Assembly: GCA_937897005.1 (NCBI GenBank)
Contig: CALCOQ010000255.1
Span: 1 to 37,888 of the forward strand
DNA length: 37,888 nt
DNA from: an uncultured euryarchaeote
GTDB taxonomy: Archaea; Thermoplasmatota; Poseidoniia; Poseidoniales; Poseidoniaceae
Direction: 5' to 3'
Both the position numbers and the translations under genes were made by a program. Within the stretch, counting starts at the first letter, position 1; every line of letters starts with the position of its first letter. Positions 8,187-17,487 of the stretch are shown here, one piece after another. The notes under the pieces were generated by a model. The model searched no databases. It was not told where the DNA came from and saw nothing but the letters and a program-made list of their open reading frames with translations.

Positions 8187-10483
8187 TCTTTCGCCTCCTT
8201 TTCACCGATCATCCACATTTTCTTCACGCCCCTGATGAATGCTCCATCCCGATGAGCCTCTGTGTTGGCATCCTTCTGGATAGGAATCTCTGCAAATGAT
8301 GGAGTTGGTGGAGGTGAAGTCGTAGACCATTCAAGTGACCATCCACCCCAAGGGTCTGGTCCAGCGGGATCTCCACGCTTCTGGCTGTAAATCATGTTCC
8401 AAACCATGATCAATTGTGACAAACCGAAGACGAATGCCCAAATCGTGATTGAAGAATTCAATTCTCCATATCCGGATTCAATCGTATACGAATGAGTCCT
8501 CCGAGGCATCCCCATGATGCCAAGATTGTGCATTGGCCAGAAAGTGGCATTATAAGAGATGAAAGAAGTCAAGAAATGTATCAGTCCAAGTTTCTCATTC
8601 ATCTTACGGCCGGTCCATTTCGGGTACCAGTAATAGAATGCCGAAAACAGACCGAACACCACTCCTCCAACGAATACATAATGGAAGTGAGCGACCACGA
8701 AATATGTGTCATGGAAGTACATATCCAATCCAGCGACTGGGAAGAACATTCCAGAGATTCCTCCCAATGTGAAAGTGATCAGGAATCCTAAAGCCCACAA
8801 AGTATGGGTCTTGAACACCAAGGCCCCCCCCCATAAAGTCGCCAACCAATTGAAAATCTTGATTCCAGTTGGAATCGCCACCAACATGGTGGCTGCCATC
8901 ATCAAGAACCTCAATTGTGGATCCATTCCACTGGTCAACATATGATGCCCCCAGACGATGAAACCAACAACGCCGATACCCGCCATGGCGTAAACCATTG
9001 ATTTGTAGCCGAATATTGACCTTCTGGCGCTGGTGGCAAGCACTTCAGAGACCACTCCAAAAGCAGGAACAACGACCACATACACTTCAGGATGACCAAA
9101 GAACCAGAACAAGTGTTGGAACAGAACCGGATCTCCGATATTGGTCGCAAAGAAGACAGAGCCAATGGTTCGGTCGAGGAACATCATGACCACCCCGATG
9201 ATGAGTGCTGGAAGAGATAGGAAGAGCATGAACATCGAGATTAGGATACTCCAAGAGAACAGAGGCATCTTCATCCAACTCACCCCATGACCGCGCATGG
9301 TCAGGAAGGTGGTGATGAAGTTGACACCAGACAGGGTCGATGAAGCACCCAACATTATCATTCCAGCAATAAACAAAGTAGTACCCGGATTGGAAGACAT
9401 GTCCCCGCCTCCAGTTGAAGTTGCATATGGGGGATACATGACCCAGGTGATATCTCCAGCCTCTCCACTGAAGATACCCGCATACAACAAGAATGCTGCG
9501 AATGGCAGCATCCAGAATCCCAGTGCATTGACACGCGGGAATGCAAGGTCCTGAGCACCTATCTGAAGTGGAACGATGTAGTTGGCGAAGCCTGCTATCA
9601 TTGGCATTGCCGCAAGGAAGACCATCGTTGTCCCGTGCATGGTGAAGTACGAATTGTATTCTTTTTCAGTCAAGAAGTCGTTCATTGGCGTAGCGAGTTG
9701 CAACCTGAACAACAAGGCCAATAGCCCTCCTACCAAGAAGAACAGTAATCCAAAGTTGAGATAGAGCAACCCCACTCCTTTGTGGTCGGTAGTCGTCAAC
9801 CAGCCTTTCAACCAACCCCAGAAATTGCCCATGTTGAACCCTTCAGGATTACGTGAATAGAACACATACATCGCTGCCAATCCCATGAGAGTGAGGACCA
9901 GAAGAATAGCGGTCATCAGCACGACCATGGCTCGCTTGGCGTCAACGGTTTCTTCAATCGGTCCAGCATTGAGGCCTGCAACCTGATATGTTGCGCCGTT
10001 GTATCCATCACCAGAATTACCGGTTACGCCATTGGCATTTCCATTCACTGCATTACCCCAAAGGGTGAATTCAGCAACCTTGCTATCGTCAGCGGGAGCA
10101 GTCCATGAGACTTCCCATGAACGTTGGTCATTGCCAAGTTCAGTGTGTGTCAATCCACCTTCCACCACCTGGACCAATGTTTGATCGAAATCCAAGGTTC
10201 CACCATTGATCAACAGTCTGAAACCACCCATATTGGCAGTCTCGGATGCACCTGGGATATCGGAATTTGAAACCGTGATCGTCAGATTGTATACTGCACT
10301 TGCATTGAAAGTATCTGGAAGCCCCGAAATGGATACTTCGGTTCCACTCTCCTTGGTATGGCAGAAACAACCACTGTCATCAGCAGTGCTTCCAATGCCG
10401 CCTGGTGTCGCTTGGAACTGAGGAGTGGCTATCAGGGCGATACCGATTATCGCCAACAGGAGAATCGCTCTTCGACGCATCAA
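8183..10483 (-). CDS. coxA: heme-copper oxidase subunit I fused to a ~225-aa N-terminal extracytoplasmic domain plus an extra TM
   Basis: Subunit I motifs are TTDHKGVGLLYL, FFGHPEVYVVVVP, HHMLTSGM and VVAHFHYVF, with 12 or more TM helices. The N-terminus has an RRR signal-like peptide and a soluble domain. It overlaps coxB by 4 nt. Confidence 0.9.
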   Translation of the reverse strand: MMRRRAILLLAIIGIALIATPQFQATPGGIGSTADDSGCFCHTKESGTEVSISGLPDTFNASAVYNLTITVSNSDIPGASETANMGGFRLLINGGTLDFDQTLVQVVEGGLTHTELGNDQRSWEVSWTAPADDSKVAEFTLWGNAVNGNANGVTGNSGDGYNGATYQVAGLNAGPIEETVDAKRAMVVLMTAILLVLTLMGLAAMYVFYSRNPEGFNMGNFWGWLKGWLTTTDHKGVGLLYLNFGLLFFLVGGLLALLFRLQLATPMNDFLTEKEYNSYFTMHGTTMVFLAAMPMIAGFANYIVPLQIGAQDLAFPRVNALGFWMLPFAAFLLYAGIFSGEAGDITWVMYPPYATSTGGGDMSSNPGTTLFIAGMIMLGASSTLSGVNFITTFLTMRGHGVSWMKMPLFSWSILISMFMLFLSLPALIIGVVMMFLDRTIGSVFFATNIGDPVLFQHLFWFFGHPEVYVVVVPAFGVVSEVLATSARRSIFGYKSMVYAMAGIGVVGFIVWGHHMLTSGMDPQLRFLMMAATMLVAIPTGIKIFNWLATLWGGALVFKTHTLWALGFLITFTLGGISGMFFPVAGLDMYFHDTYFVVAHFHYVFVGGVVFGLFSAFYYWYPKWTGRKMNEKLGLIHFLTSFISYNATFWPMHNLGIMGMPRRTHSYTIESGYGELNSSITIWAFVFGLSQLIMVWNMIYSQKRGDPAGPDPWGGWSLEWSTTSPPPTPSFAEIPIQKDANTEAHRDGAFIRGVKKMWMIGEKEAKE

Positions 10484-11433
10484 GCACCACCGCCACAGGA
10501 CTCCAATTTACTGTCTGGATTCGCCACCACAGTGATTTGTCCTGTCATATATGCATGCCTCATTCCGCAATATTCTGCACAGACGACATCAAAGGTTCCA
10601 GTTTCATATGGATGGAAATAAATCATCGTTTCGATGGTTGGGACAATATCTTCCTTGACCCCCCATTCAGGTAAGAACAATGCATGAAGAACGGCATCAG
10701 CTTCACCCAACCTTTCACTGGTCATGGTCATCTTGATGTCTCTATCACAAGGAACGAAAACCTCTCCAGAACTTGCAGTCTGGGCGGAATACCTGACGTA
10801 GGAGTAGACTTGCAAGCCGTCTTCATCAGTGATGGTCAAGGAAAACATCTCGTGCAGGTCCACGATGGTGTTCTGGGTTGCTAAGCCTGAACTGATATTG
10901 AATTGGCCATTGGCTGGTCCATTGGTCCATATTGCCGTGAGATTGACATCCATGGTACTGGTTGAAACCAGAATCGTGCCTTCTGAGACACTCAAGTGGA
11001 TTGGATATGGAAGACCATCGGCCACTTCTTCGATGACTATCGGTTCAGTGTAGGTGAATGCCCAGTTCCATTGAGTTGCTGTGACCTCGACGATGAATGC
11101 TTCCTCGTCACTGGGGGGGTTTCCCCATGCATCATACAAGGATGTCCAAGACAATACACAGAGCCATGCTACAAGAATCGATGGAACAACTACCCAAGCG
11201 GTCTCCAATCGAAGATTATCTCTCTCTTTTGGAAATGTTCCCGGCTCGAGTTTCTCCAGAGTCGATTCATCCACCATTCCCTGACGGAATCTAAGAATTG
11301 AATAAATCATCCAAACAAAAACAATCAATCCCACGATAATTGACCAGAACATGAATTGGTTGTACAGAGTCTTCCAGGCGAGTTCCTCGGTTGCCATAGT
11401 ACTCCCAATCGCTGGCGAGCGACAGCCGCTCAT
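10480..11433 (-). CDS. coxB: heme-copper oxidase subunit II (CuA cupredoxin) with an internal insertion
   Basis: Two N-terminal TM helices. The CuA ligand set is AVLHALFLPEW ... CAEYCGMRHAYM. An alternative start is the Met at 11397. Confidence 0.85.
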   Translation of the reverse strand: MSGCRSPAIGSTMATEELAWKTLYNQFMFWSIIVGLIVFVWMIYSILRFRQGMVDESTLEKLEPGTFPKERDNLRLETAWVVVPSILVAWLCVLSWTSLYDAWGNPPSDEEAFIVEVTATQWNWAFTYTEPIVIEEVADGLPYPIHLSVSEGTILVSTSTMDVNLTAIWTNGPANGQFNISSGLATQNTIVDLHEMFSLTITDEDGLQVYSYVRYSAQTASSGEVFVPCDRDIKMTMTSERLGEADAVLHALFLPEWGVKEDIVPTIETMIYFHPYETGTFDVVCAEYCGMRHAYMTGQITVVANPDSKLESCGGGA

Positions 11434-11552
11434 GAACGTTTGCTCATCACCTCTACGAGGTGGGGTGAGAATTGAGAAATATCTTCAACCCAAAAAATCA
11501 TGCTGAGAAATTGCTGAGAAGAGGCATCCACAAGTACTTCACACGAATCAAG

Positions 11553-11879
11553 ATGGCCATGGCTGATGCCTCGATAGCACTCTCTTCTGGCCAAGGGATG
11601 GTGAAGTTGGATATTGAGGTTCAACCCGGAGCAAAGCGAGAAGGAATCACTGGGCTGAATGAATGGCGCAACAGATTACAGGTCGCAGTACGAGCCTTGC
11701 CTCAGGACGGTGAAGCGAATGATGCGGTGTTGGATCTGTTGTCAGAGAATCTAGATATTCCTGTAAGTTCGTTGGAATTGACCAACGGTCAAACATCCAG
11801 ACGCAAAACAGTCTCCATCACGGGCCGTGGACTTGAGGAGATTCATCAACGGCTCACAGAGATTCTTGAGGGGATATGA
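11553..11879 (+). CDS. DUF167 (YggU-like) protein
   Basis: The pattern KLDIEVQPGAKREGITG...LQVAVRALPQDGEANDAVLDLLSENL...LTNGQTSRRKTVSI matches the YggU family. I chose the internal ATG at 11553; the track ORF begins at 11472. Confidence 0.6.
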   Translation: MAMADASIALSSGQGMVKLDIEVQPGAKREGITGLNEWRNRLQVAVRALPQDGEANDAVLDLLSENLDIPVSSLELTNGQTSRRKTVSITGRGLEEIHQRLTEILEGI

Positions 11880-11958
11880 GTTGTCTCTCGATGAAAAGCG
11901 TAAGAGGAGGCGAAAAAGCCATTTCAGTAACGGAAACAATGGCGAAGAACGCAAGCGT

Positions 11959-12405
11959 ATGGCTGCCGAAGTTCTAGCCGAAGCACGAAAGAGGAATCGA
12001 CCTGCAGAACTCGGTGGTTCAGGATGCCCAATCCTGGTCGAAGGAAAGAGGGACAAGGCAGCCTTGCTCTCATTATCATTTGAAGGTGAATTGGAGTTGG
12101 TCAATCGAGGTTGGCCGCTGGAGAAATTGGCCGGATGGTTCGCCCAACGTCTGCAACACAAGAATCCAATCGATGCGAAGGAATCAATCATTCTACTGAT
12201 GGATTGGGACCGTACAGGAGGCAGGTTACAGAATGACCTGCGCAGAAGGCTGAGAGCATTTGACATCAGTGTTGATGAATACACACGTCAGACATTGATG
12301 CGGGTACTGAAACCGGAAACCAGAGTTGTCGAGGACCTGCACAGCATGGCCGAAGAATTGCTACCATTACTGGAAGAATTGGACCCTTCAAAAGAATCAG
12401 AATGA
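11959..12405 (+). CDS. small Toprim-domain protein (RNase M5 / small-primase-like, COG1658-type)
   Basis: The Toprim Glu is in PILVEGKRDKAAL and the DxD is in ILLMDWDRTGG. The start is uncertain (track ORF 11827; Met at 11959). Confidence 0.6.
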   Translation: MAAEVLAEARKRNRPAELGGSGCPILVEGKRDKAALLSLSFEGELELVNRGWPLEKLAGWFAQRLQHKNPIDAKESIILLMDWDRTGGRLQNDLRRRLRAFDISVDEYTRQTLMRVLKPETRVVEDLHSMAEELLPLLEELDPSKESE

Positions 12406-12422
12406 TGGTTCAACAATAGCGG

Positions 12423-12881
12423 TCACTCGAATGGAGGAGTAACCGTTGACTCTTTCACCGTGTTCAATACCACGTGGGTGAAAGAGCGAATTATCCCATC
12501 TACAGAGAAAACCTTCTTGGTCAAGTCATTCAATTCCTCTCTGTTCCGTATTCTCGCCATGGCGATGCTGTCGAAATCACCTGTGACATCGTAGACCGAA
12601 AATACCCTTGGATCTGAAGCGATTCTCTGTTGCACATCCATCATCCTTCCTTTCTCAATCCTCAAACCGACGATGACACACATCTCCCAACCGATGGCGT
12701 GGGGGTCGAGGTCAACACTCCAGCCACGCACAACCCCTCTCTCCTGTAATGACCGCAAACGACTGGAGGCAGTTCCAAGAGCAATGCCAACGGCGGAAGC
12801 GAGAGTTCTAAGGCTCGCCTTCGGCTCTTTCAGCAGTTCAAGTATCATCTTCTTATCAATCTCATCCAGCTCCATCTCCAA
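12423..12881 (-). CDS. lrp: Lrp/AsnC-family transcriptional regulator
   Basis: N-terminal HTH (LDEIDKKMILELLKEPKASLRTLASAVGIALGTASSRLRSLQERGVV) followed by a RAM/AsnC-type ligand domain. Length is 152 aa. Confidence 0.85.
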   Translation of the reverse strand: MEMELDEIDKKMILELLKEPKASLRTLASAVGIALGTASSRLRSLQERGVVRGWSVDLDPHAIGWEMCVIVGLRIEKGRMMDVQQRIASDPRVFSVYDVTGDFDSIAMARIRNREELNDLTKKVFSVDGIIRSFTHVVLNTVKESTVTPPFE

Positions 12882-13013
12882 TTCACCTCCGGCTTGGAAT
12901 TGCTATTCCGACCAAGTGGGCTCTTGAACGTTCGCACAATCTTGGTCAGTGAAATCGAACGCCTGCCAACTGAATTGCTGAAATCTGGCCGCTAATACCA
13001 ATATCGTTCATTA

Positions 13014-14345
13014 TCATCCTCGTGGCGCCATGAGACTCAGATCCATGACCCAATTACCATAGGTCTCAACTTCAAGGGAGAAACGAATGACGACAGGCTC
13101 TTCGATGTCTTCAGGAATGCCTTTGATCTGCAATCGTATAGAGTGCTCGGAATCAGCTTTCAATTCACTGAGGTCCACTCTCTTCTTCATCTTCCATGGA
13201 TCACTTATCTCCACCTTTCCCATCCTGGCAGAATATTTACCGATTCTGATATCAAGACTCGCTACCAATCGTAATTCTTCAGAATCGCCGTCCTGGTCAT
13301 CATTCAGAAGCCTGCCAGTTATCCTTGGCAGCGCACCCTCTCTCTGTTTCTCTGTGAGGATGATGATGATGACACAGATAATGGCGAATGTCAGGAAGCC
13401 GATTCGGGGCAAGGCTTCATTCATAGAAGTCCCTTCCCACATCGTTGGGAGATTCATTTCAGTCATAGCGAGGACCACAGATGGTTCCGATGGAGGAGGG
13501 GCCTCTCCTGCAGCACCCCCTTCGGCCACTGCGTGACCTGCAAGAAACGCCACCAGACCCCAACGTTGGGAATCATCAGAATTTATCCTGATTCCAGCAG
13601 CCTCAAGATGTTCAAAGCTGAAACCTGAAACCAGATGAGTGACATTTCCCGCCCTCTTGGAAAAAGCCTGAGTAGCGGTCCATTCCCTGACCACATGTGG
13701 TGGACGAACGCCCTCGTTCCATACTTCAGGATACCATTCAACCAATGCGATATTCAGTATCACATCAGAAGAGAGATTGACCAAGGGCTTGAAATCACTT
13801 TCAATATCTATCTCATCAACTATATCGTCTCCATCAATATCGATGAGAGTGACCTCAAGAGGTAGTTCAGCCGCTACCACACCTCCTGCATCTGGAGTGG
13901 TTCCATTCAAAGCCAAGCCGGCACGTACCGGATTGAAAGCAGGCCCATCTTCAATTCCTTCCAACCTTTGGAAATCAACCCTGATCGCTGGAACCTGTGC
14001 ACTCAATTCATCTGCCCTGAAGTTAGAGTCGCTATTGGACAGTGGGTCATTGGAATTGATACTTGGATGCCAAGACAGCCATACCATACCCTCATCCTTA
14101 TCCATGCTCAATGCATTATCCTCCTCAAACTGGTTGCATTGGTTGATATCGGAATTACAGAACCATTCGATGAGGGGAGCCGTAGCACCATCATCGGCCA
14201 CACTCTTGCTTGCTAGAATGTACCTATCCACTGAGACTTCTCCCTGTGCATCAACAACTGGAATCAATAGCATCAACAAGATGATTGGAACCAAAACGTG
14301 AGAGCGCTGGATACCGTCCATCAAACTCGGCAGAACGTTTCTCAC
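13014..14345 (-). CDS. hypothetical type-I membrane protein
   Basis: N-terminal signal/TM (VLVPIILLMLLIPVVDA), an acidic ectodomain, a TM (IGFLTFAIICVIIIIL) and a ~110-aa cytosolic domain. It overlaps the upstream methyltransferase gene by 4 nt. I recognised no family. Confidence 0.55.
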   Translation of the reverse strand: MRNVLPSLMDGIQRSHVLVPIILLMLLIPVVDAQGEVSVDRYILASKSVADDGATAPLIEWFCNSDINQCNQFEEDNALSMDKDEGMVWLSWHPSINSNDPLSNSDSNFRADELSAQVPAIRVDFQRLEGIEDGPAFNPVRAGLALNGTTPDAGGVVAAELPLEVTLIDIDGDDIVDEIDIESDFKPLVNLSSDVILNIALVEWYPEVWNEGVRPPHVVREWTATQAFSKRAGNVTHLVSGFSFEHLEAAGIRINSDDSQRWGLVAFLAGHAVAEGGAAGEAPPPSEPSVVLAMTEMNLPTMWEGTSMNEALPRIGFLTFAIICVIIIILTEKQREGALPRITGRLLNDDQDGDSEELRLVASLDIRIGKYSARMGKVEISDPWKMKKRVDLSELKADSEHSIRLQIKGIPEDIEEPVVIRFSLEVETYGNWVMDLSLMAPRG

Positions 14346-15946
14346 GATGAATCCTCTGCCCTTTGGACAGCCTGAGCCAACAATATCTTCCTCTCAGCCT
14401 CATTGACCATCAAGGTGAGATAAGCACCTGCCCATACTGGCAGACCCGGGTGGTTCTCTGAACTGAGGATGACATATCCTTGCATGGAATCGTTGTTCTT
14501 GTTGTCAACCTCACCTTCCTCAAGAATCTGTTGAATGAATGAATCTGCAACAGATTCAGTATTACTGATCAGTCGTTCAAGTATTGGTCTTGCTTCAGAA
14601 CGCGGCCTGATTCCATCCTTACCGGGTTGGAAGGCGGTGATACCAGCATGGATGACATTCAGAGGTGTCCATTGTTTTCCTGGTGAAATCCTTCTCCGTT
14701 TCACAGTACGAGGTTGTTCCCATAACCACTCTTTGGCATCGATTGAAGATAACGAGTATTTCTTTCCACGTCTCCACCACGAATAGTAGTCATTCTCAGA
14801 CATGCCCCAACGGTTCTTGATCTCTGAAACCTCACTCGAATTCGCAATAACTGGAAGATGATGGTCTCTATCTCGAGCATCATTATTCTTCATTTCCTCT
14901 CTGGGAATCTTCGGTATCATCGCTCGGGCAGTATCTTCATCGGGGAGTCGATGTTTGAGTCTAGCAAGGAAGAATCCTCCACTATCATTGTCCTCAGGAG
15001 CAACTCTGACCGTGCCCTTCAAGGTTTCATCGCTCCAGTTGAATTTTTCATTTTCCCAATTGGAGATTCCTTGTCTTGAAGTCAGGCCAGGAAACATTGT
15101 TTCTGAATCAATTGGTTCCAATTCCATGTATTCCAGTTCACTGAGTATCTGATACACCACTCCCTCATTCTCAACCGGATCAAATGAACAAGTGGAATAG
15201 ACAAGCCGGCCACCTGGGCGTAACAAGGCACAGGCTCGTTTTAGAATATCCACCTGCAATCTGTTCAATCCAGATGCTGATTCTGGTTTCCAGTTCCACC
15301 AAACATGCTTGTTCTTACGCATCGTGGCACTACCAGTACAGGGAACATCGACCAATATGGCATCAAAACCCGGATCGGGTACCGAAGGGAAGTGCCTTCC
15401 ATCATGACGGGTGAGAATGATATTCGACAAGCCGATTCTTCCTCGATTGCTGACCAGGGTGTTCAACCTTGAAGATGAAACGTCATTGGCCACCAAGACG
15501 CCGGTATCGTGCATCGATTCACTCAACTGAGTGGTCTTGGAACCGGGTGCGGCGCATATATCGAGTATCCTCTCTCCATGCTCTGGTTCTAAGCAGATGA
15601 CTGGTAACATGGAAACGGCTTCCTGGCGCGTCGTTCTTCCTGTTTCATGAAGAGCGATATACAACTGTTCATGTTCCTCAGGGATCGAACCTCTTGGCCA
15701 AGACATGGTATATGCTGAACCACCAGGAAACCAAGATATCGGTTCTGCACCCATCTGTTCAAGCATCGCTCTGGTATTTTCAACATCTGATCTCAATGGA
15801 TTTAGTCGGACGGTTTCCGGCAGTTCGCGAGTCGTATACGTGAACCAATCCTCCATGGAATGGCCTGTTTCCATCGCCAAGACTGCCAATGCACTGTCCT
15901 TGACCTCTTCAATGCTGACCACGGCACAACGGCGAAGCCATCGCAA
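14342..15946 (-). CDS. NOL1/NOP2/Sun-family RNA cytosine-C5 methyltransferase (RsmB/RsmF/Trm4-like)
   Basis: SAM-binding site ILDICAAPGSKTTQL. Catalytic Cys motifs are ILVDVPCTGSATMRKN and GGRLVYSTCSFDPVENE. A ~200-aa C-terminal domain follows. Confidence 0.85.
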   Translation of the reverse strand: MRWLRRCAVVSIEEVKDSALAVLAMETGHSMEDWFTYTTRELPETVRLNPLRSDVENTRAMLEQMGAEPISWFPGGSAYTMSWPRGSIPEEHEQLYIALHETGRTTRQEAVSMLPVICLEPEHGERILDICAAPGSKTTQLSESMHDTGVLVANDVSSSRLNTLVSNRGRIGLSNIILTRHDGRHFPSVPDPGFDAILVDVPCTGSATMRKNKHVWWNWKPESASGLNRLQVDILKRACALLRPGGRLVYSTCSFDPVENEGVVYQILSELEYMELEPIDSETMFPGLTSRQGISNWENEKFNWSDETLKGTVRVAPEDNDSGGFFLARLKHRLPDEDTARAMIPKIPREEMKNNDARDRDHHLPVIANSSEVSEIKNRWGMSENDYYSWWRRGKKYSLSSIDAKEWLWEQPRTVKRRRISPGKQWTPLNVIHAGITAFQPGKDGIRPRSEARPILERLISNTESVADSFIQQILEEGEVDNKNNDSMQGYVILSSENHPGLPVWAGAYLTLMVNEAERKILLAQAVQRAEDSS

Positions 15947-16006
15947 ATGAGTCTATGCAAGTGACGGAGGGGGCTTATTGATGAATTGAAACTTCACCCA
16001 CGCATC

Positions 16007-17419
16007 ATGGCGACCGGACTGTTGACGCCAGAATGGCCCGCTTTCCTTTCTCTTCTGAGCGCGGCATTCCTTCCATTCTGGCCGATGATCCATATGCGAT
16101 TTGATGATGAGCATCATCCCATCTGGGGTAAGATTGACCGGATTCTTCCGTGGTTACCTGGTGTCTTCATCGGATTGGCGCTCCTCTTCGATATCATTGC
16201 TCACCTCAGCTACAACACCGGTCATCAGCGTGTGATTGCCAGACTGGATGCAGAAATGTCTCTATTCAGCAGATTGGCGGTCTCCTTGTCTGGGTGGACA
16301 TCATGGGCCTTGCTGCTGATGCTCGGACTCGGACTACATCTTGCAGTAACTTCCACAGTTCTCGATGAAGGAGGGAATATTGCAGGAGATAGCCACCGTA
16401 TGCATGATGGAGTCCTCATTCTGTTCGGAATATTCTGGGTGATGTTGTTGTTTGCACTGTTACCTCCTGACCCATTTCCATCTGCTGATGGTTTCATCAC
16501 TCCGGAAGAAGTTCCCTTTCCTCCCTCATTGTGGAGTGTCATGTTGATGGCTCCCACAATATTGCTTGCTGGTTGGCTGATTGGTTTTGGCATTCTCCAT
16601 CTCGCAGATGTGACTTGCCCCGCCAAGTGGCCCGAAACCATCTCCAGACCTCATTCTGGAACTGGATGGTTCGTGGCTCTGCCAATCGTCGCTATTCTAT
16701 TTGGTTTCTCGATGGTCGATCTGAATACCATGTCTGATGGAATGGCGATGTCTGACCTCATTCTAGATGCAACACACGGAACACGTACGGCTTTCATGTT
16801 GGCTTTCTCAATCACCCTGGTATTGGGTAGTTGTGCACTTCAGGTAGCGGCTGTCTCTGTTCATAGAACGAGAATAGGCAGCGATCGGTGGAAGGGGCTT
16901 GTGGCAACATTCAGTCACTCCCTTTTCTGGATACTGATCGGTGGATGGTGCTTGCTGGCAGGACTCCCTGGAGTTGATGCCTCATGGGGGGCAATCGCCC
17001 TGTTGGCTAGACTCGCAACCCCCTTGATATTGATAGGAGCTGTTGGGATGCTACTGCCATTGATAGGATTTGATGAACGTCCAAGAGCTGAGATATGGGG
17101 TTGGACAATGATGCTTATGCTAGGTGCTCCTGCTCTTGCACTATGGGAGCCGCGTTCGGCTTTTCTCGCCTTGACACTGCTTCCAGCATTGTCTTTCACT
17201 GCAATCATTCCACCATTGTTTGAGACTGATGTCCGACTTTCCTCGGAAAGAAGGAAAAGATGGATATGGATAATTCTAGTGACTGAAACCCTGATCTTCA
17301 TCAGTTTAGTCCTTTTTGCCATCGATAGCATTGGATTGATTGCAGTTCTCCCCGGATTGATGTTCAGCACCCTGATTCCGGGAATGTTGGTACATGCATG
17401 GCCAAATCATGTTGATTGA
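16007..17419 (+). CDS. hypothetical polytopic membrane protein (about 12 TM)
   Basis: A long ORF made almost entirely of hydrophobic helices. I prefer the ATG at 16007 to the TTG at 15986. I recognised no family. Confidence 0.55.
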   Translation: MATGLLTPEWPAFLSLLSAAFLPFWPMIHMRFDDEHHPIWGKIDRILPWLPGVFIGLALLFDIIAHLSYNTGHQRVIARLDAEMSLFSRLAVSLSGWTSWALLLMLGLGLHLAVTSTVLDEGGNIAGDSHRMHDGVLILFGIFWVMLLFALLPPDPFPSADGFITPEEVPFPPSLWSVMLMAPTILLAGWLIGFGILHLADVTCPAKWPETISRPHSGTGWFVALPIVAILFGFSMVDLNTMSDGMAMSDLILDATHGTRTAFMLAFSITLVLGSCALQVAAVSVHRTRIGSDRWKGLVATFSHSLFWILIGGWCLLAGLPGVDASWGAIALLARLATPLILIGAVGMLLPLIGFDERPRAEIWGWTMMLMLGAPALALWEPRSAFLALTLLPALSFTAIIPPLFETDVRLSSERRKRWIWIILVTETLIFISLVLFAIDSIGLIAVLPGLMFSTLIPGMLVHAWPNHVD

Positions 17420-17487
17420 CGGCAATTTCAGAAAGGTCGTTCAATACGCCTCAAGATTTCTATCATTCCCTAACTATTATCAATGCA

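Noticed and set aside
10358-10369. CFCH in the CoxA N-terminal domain as a c-type heme attachment site
   Set aside because: Canonical covalent heme binding needs CXXCH (or rare longer spacings). C-x-C-H has only one intervening residue, so I do not call it a cytochrome c domain. It may still be a metal or cofactor ligand set (see the finding).
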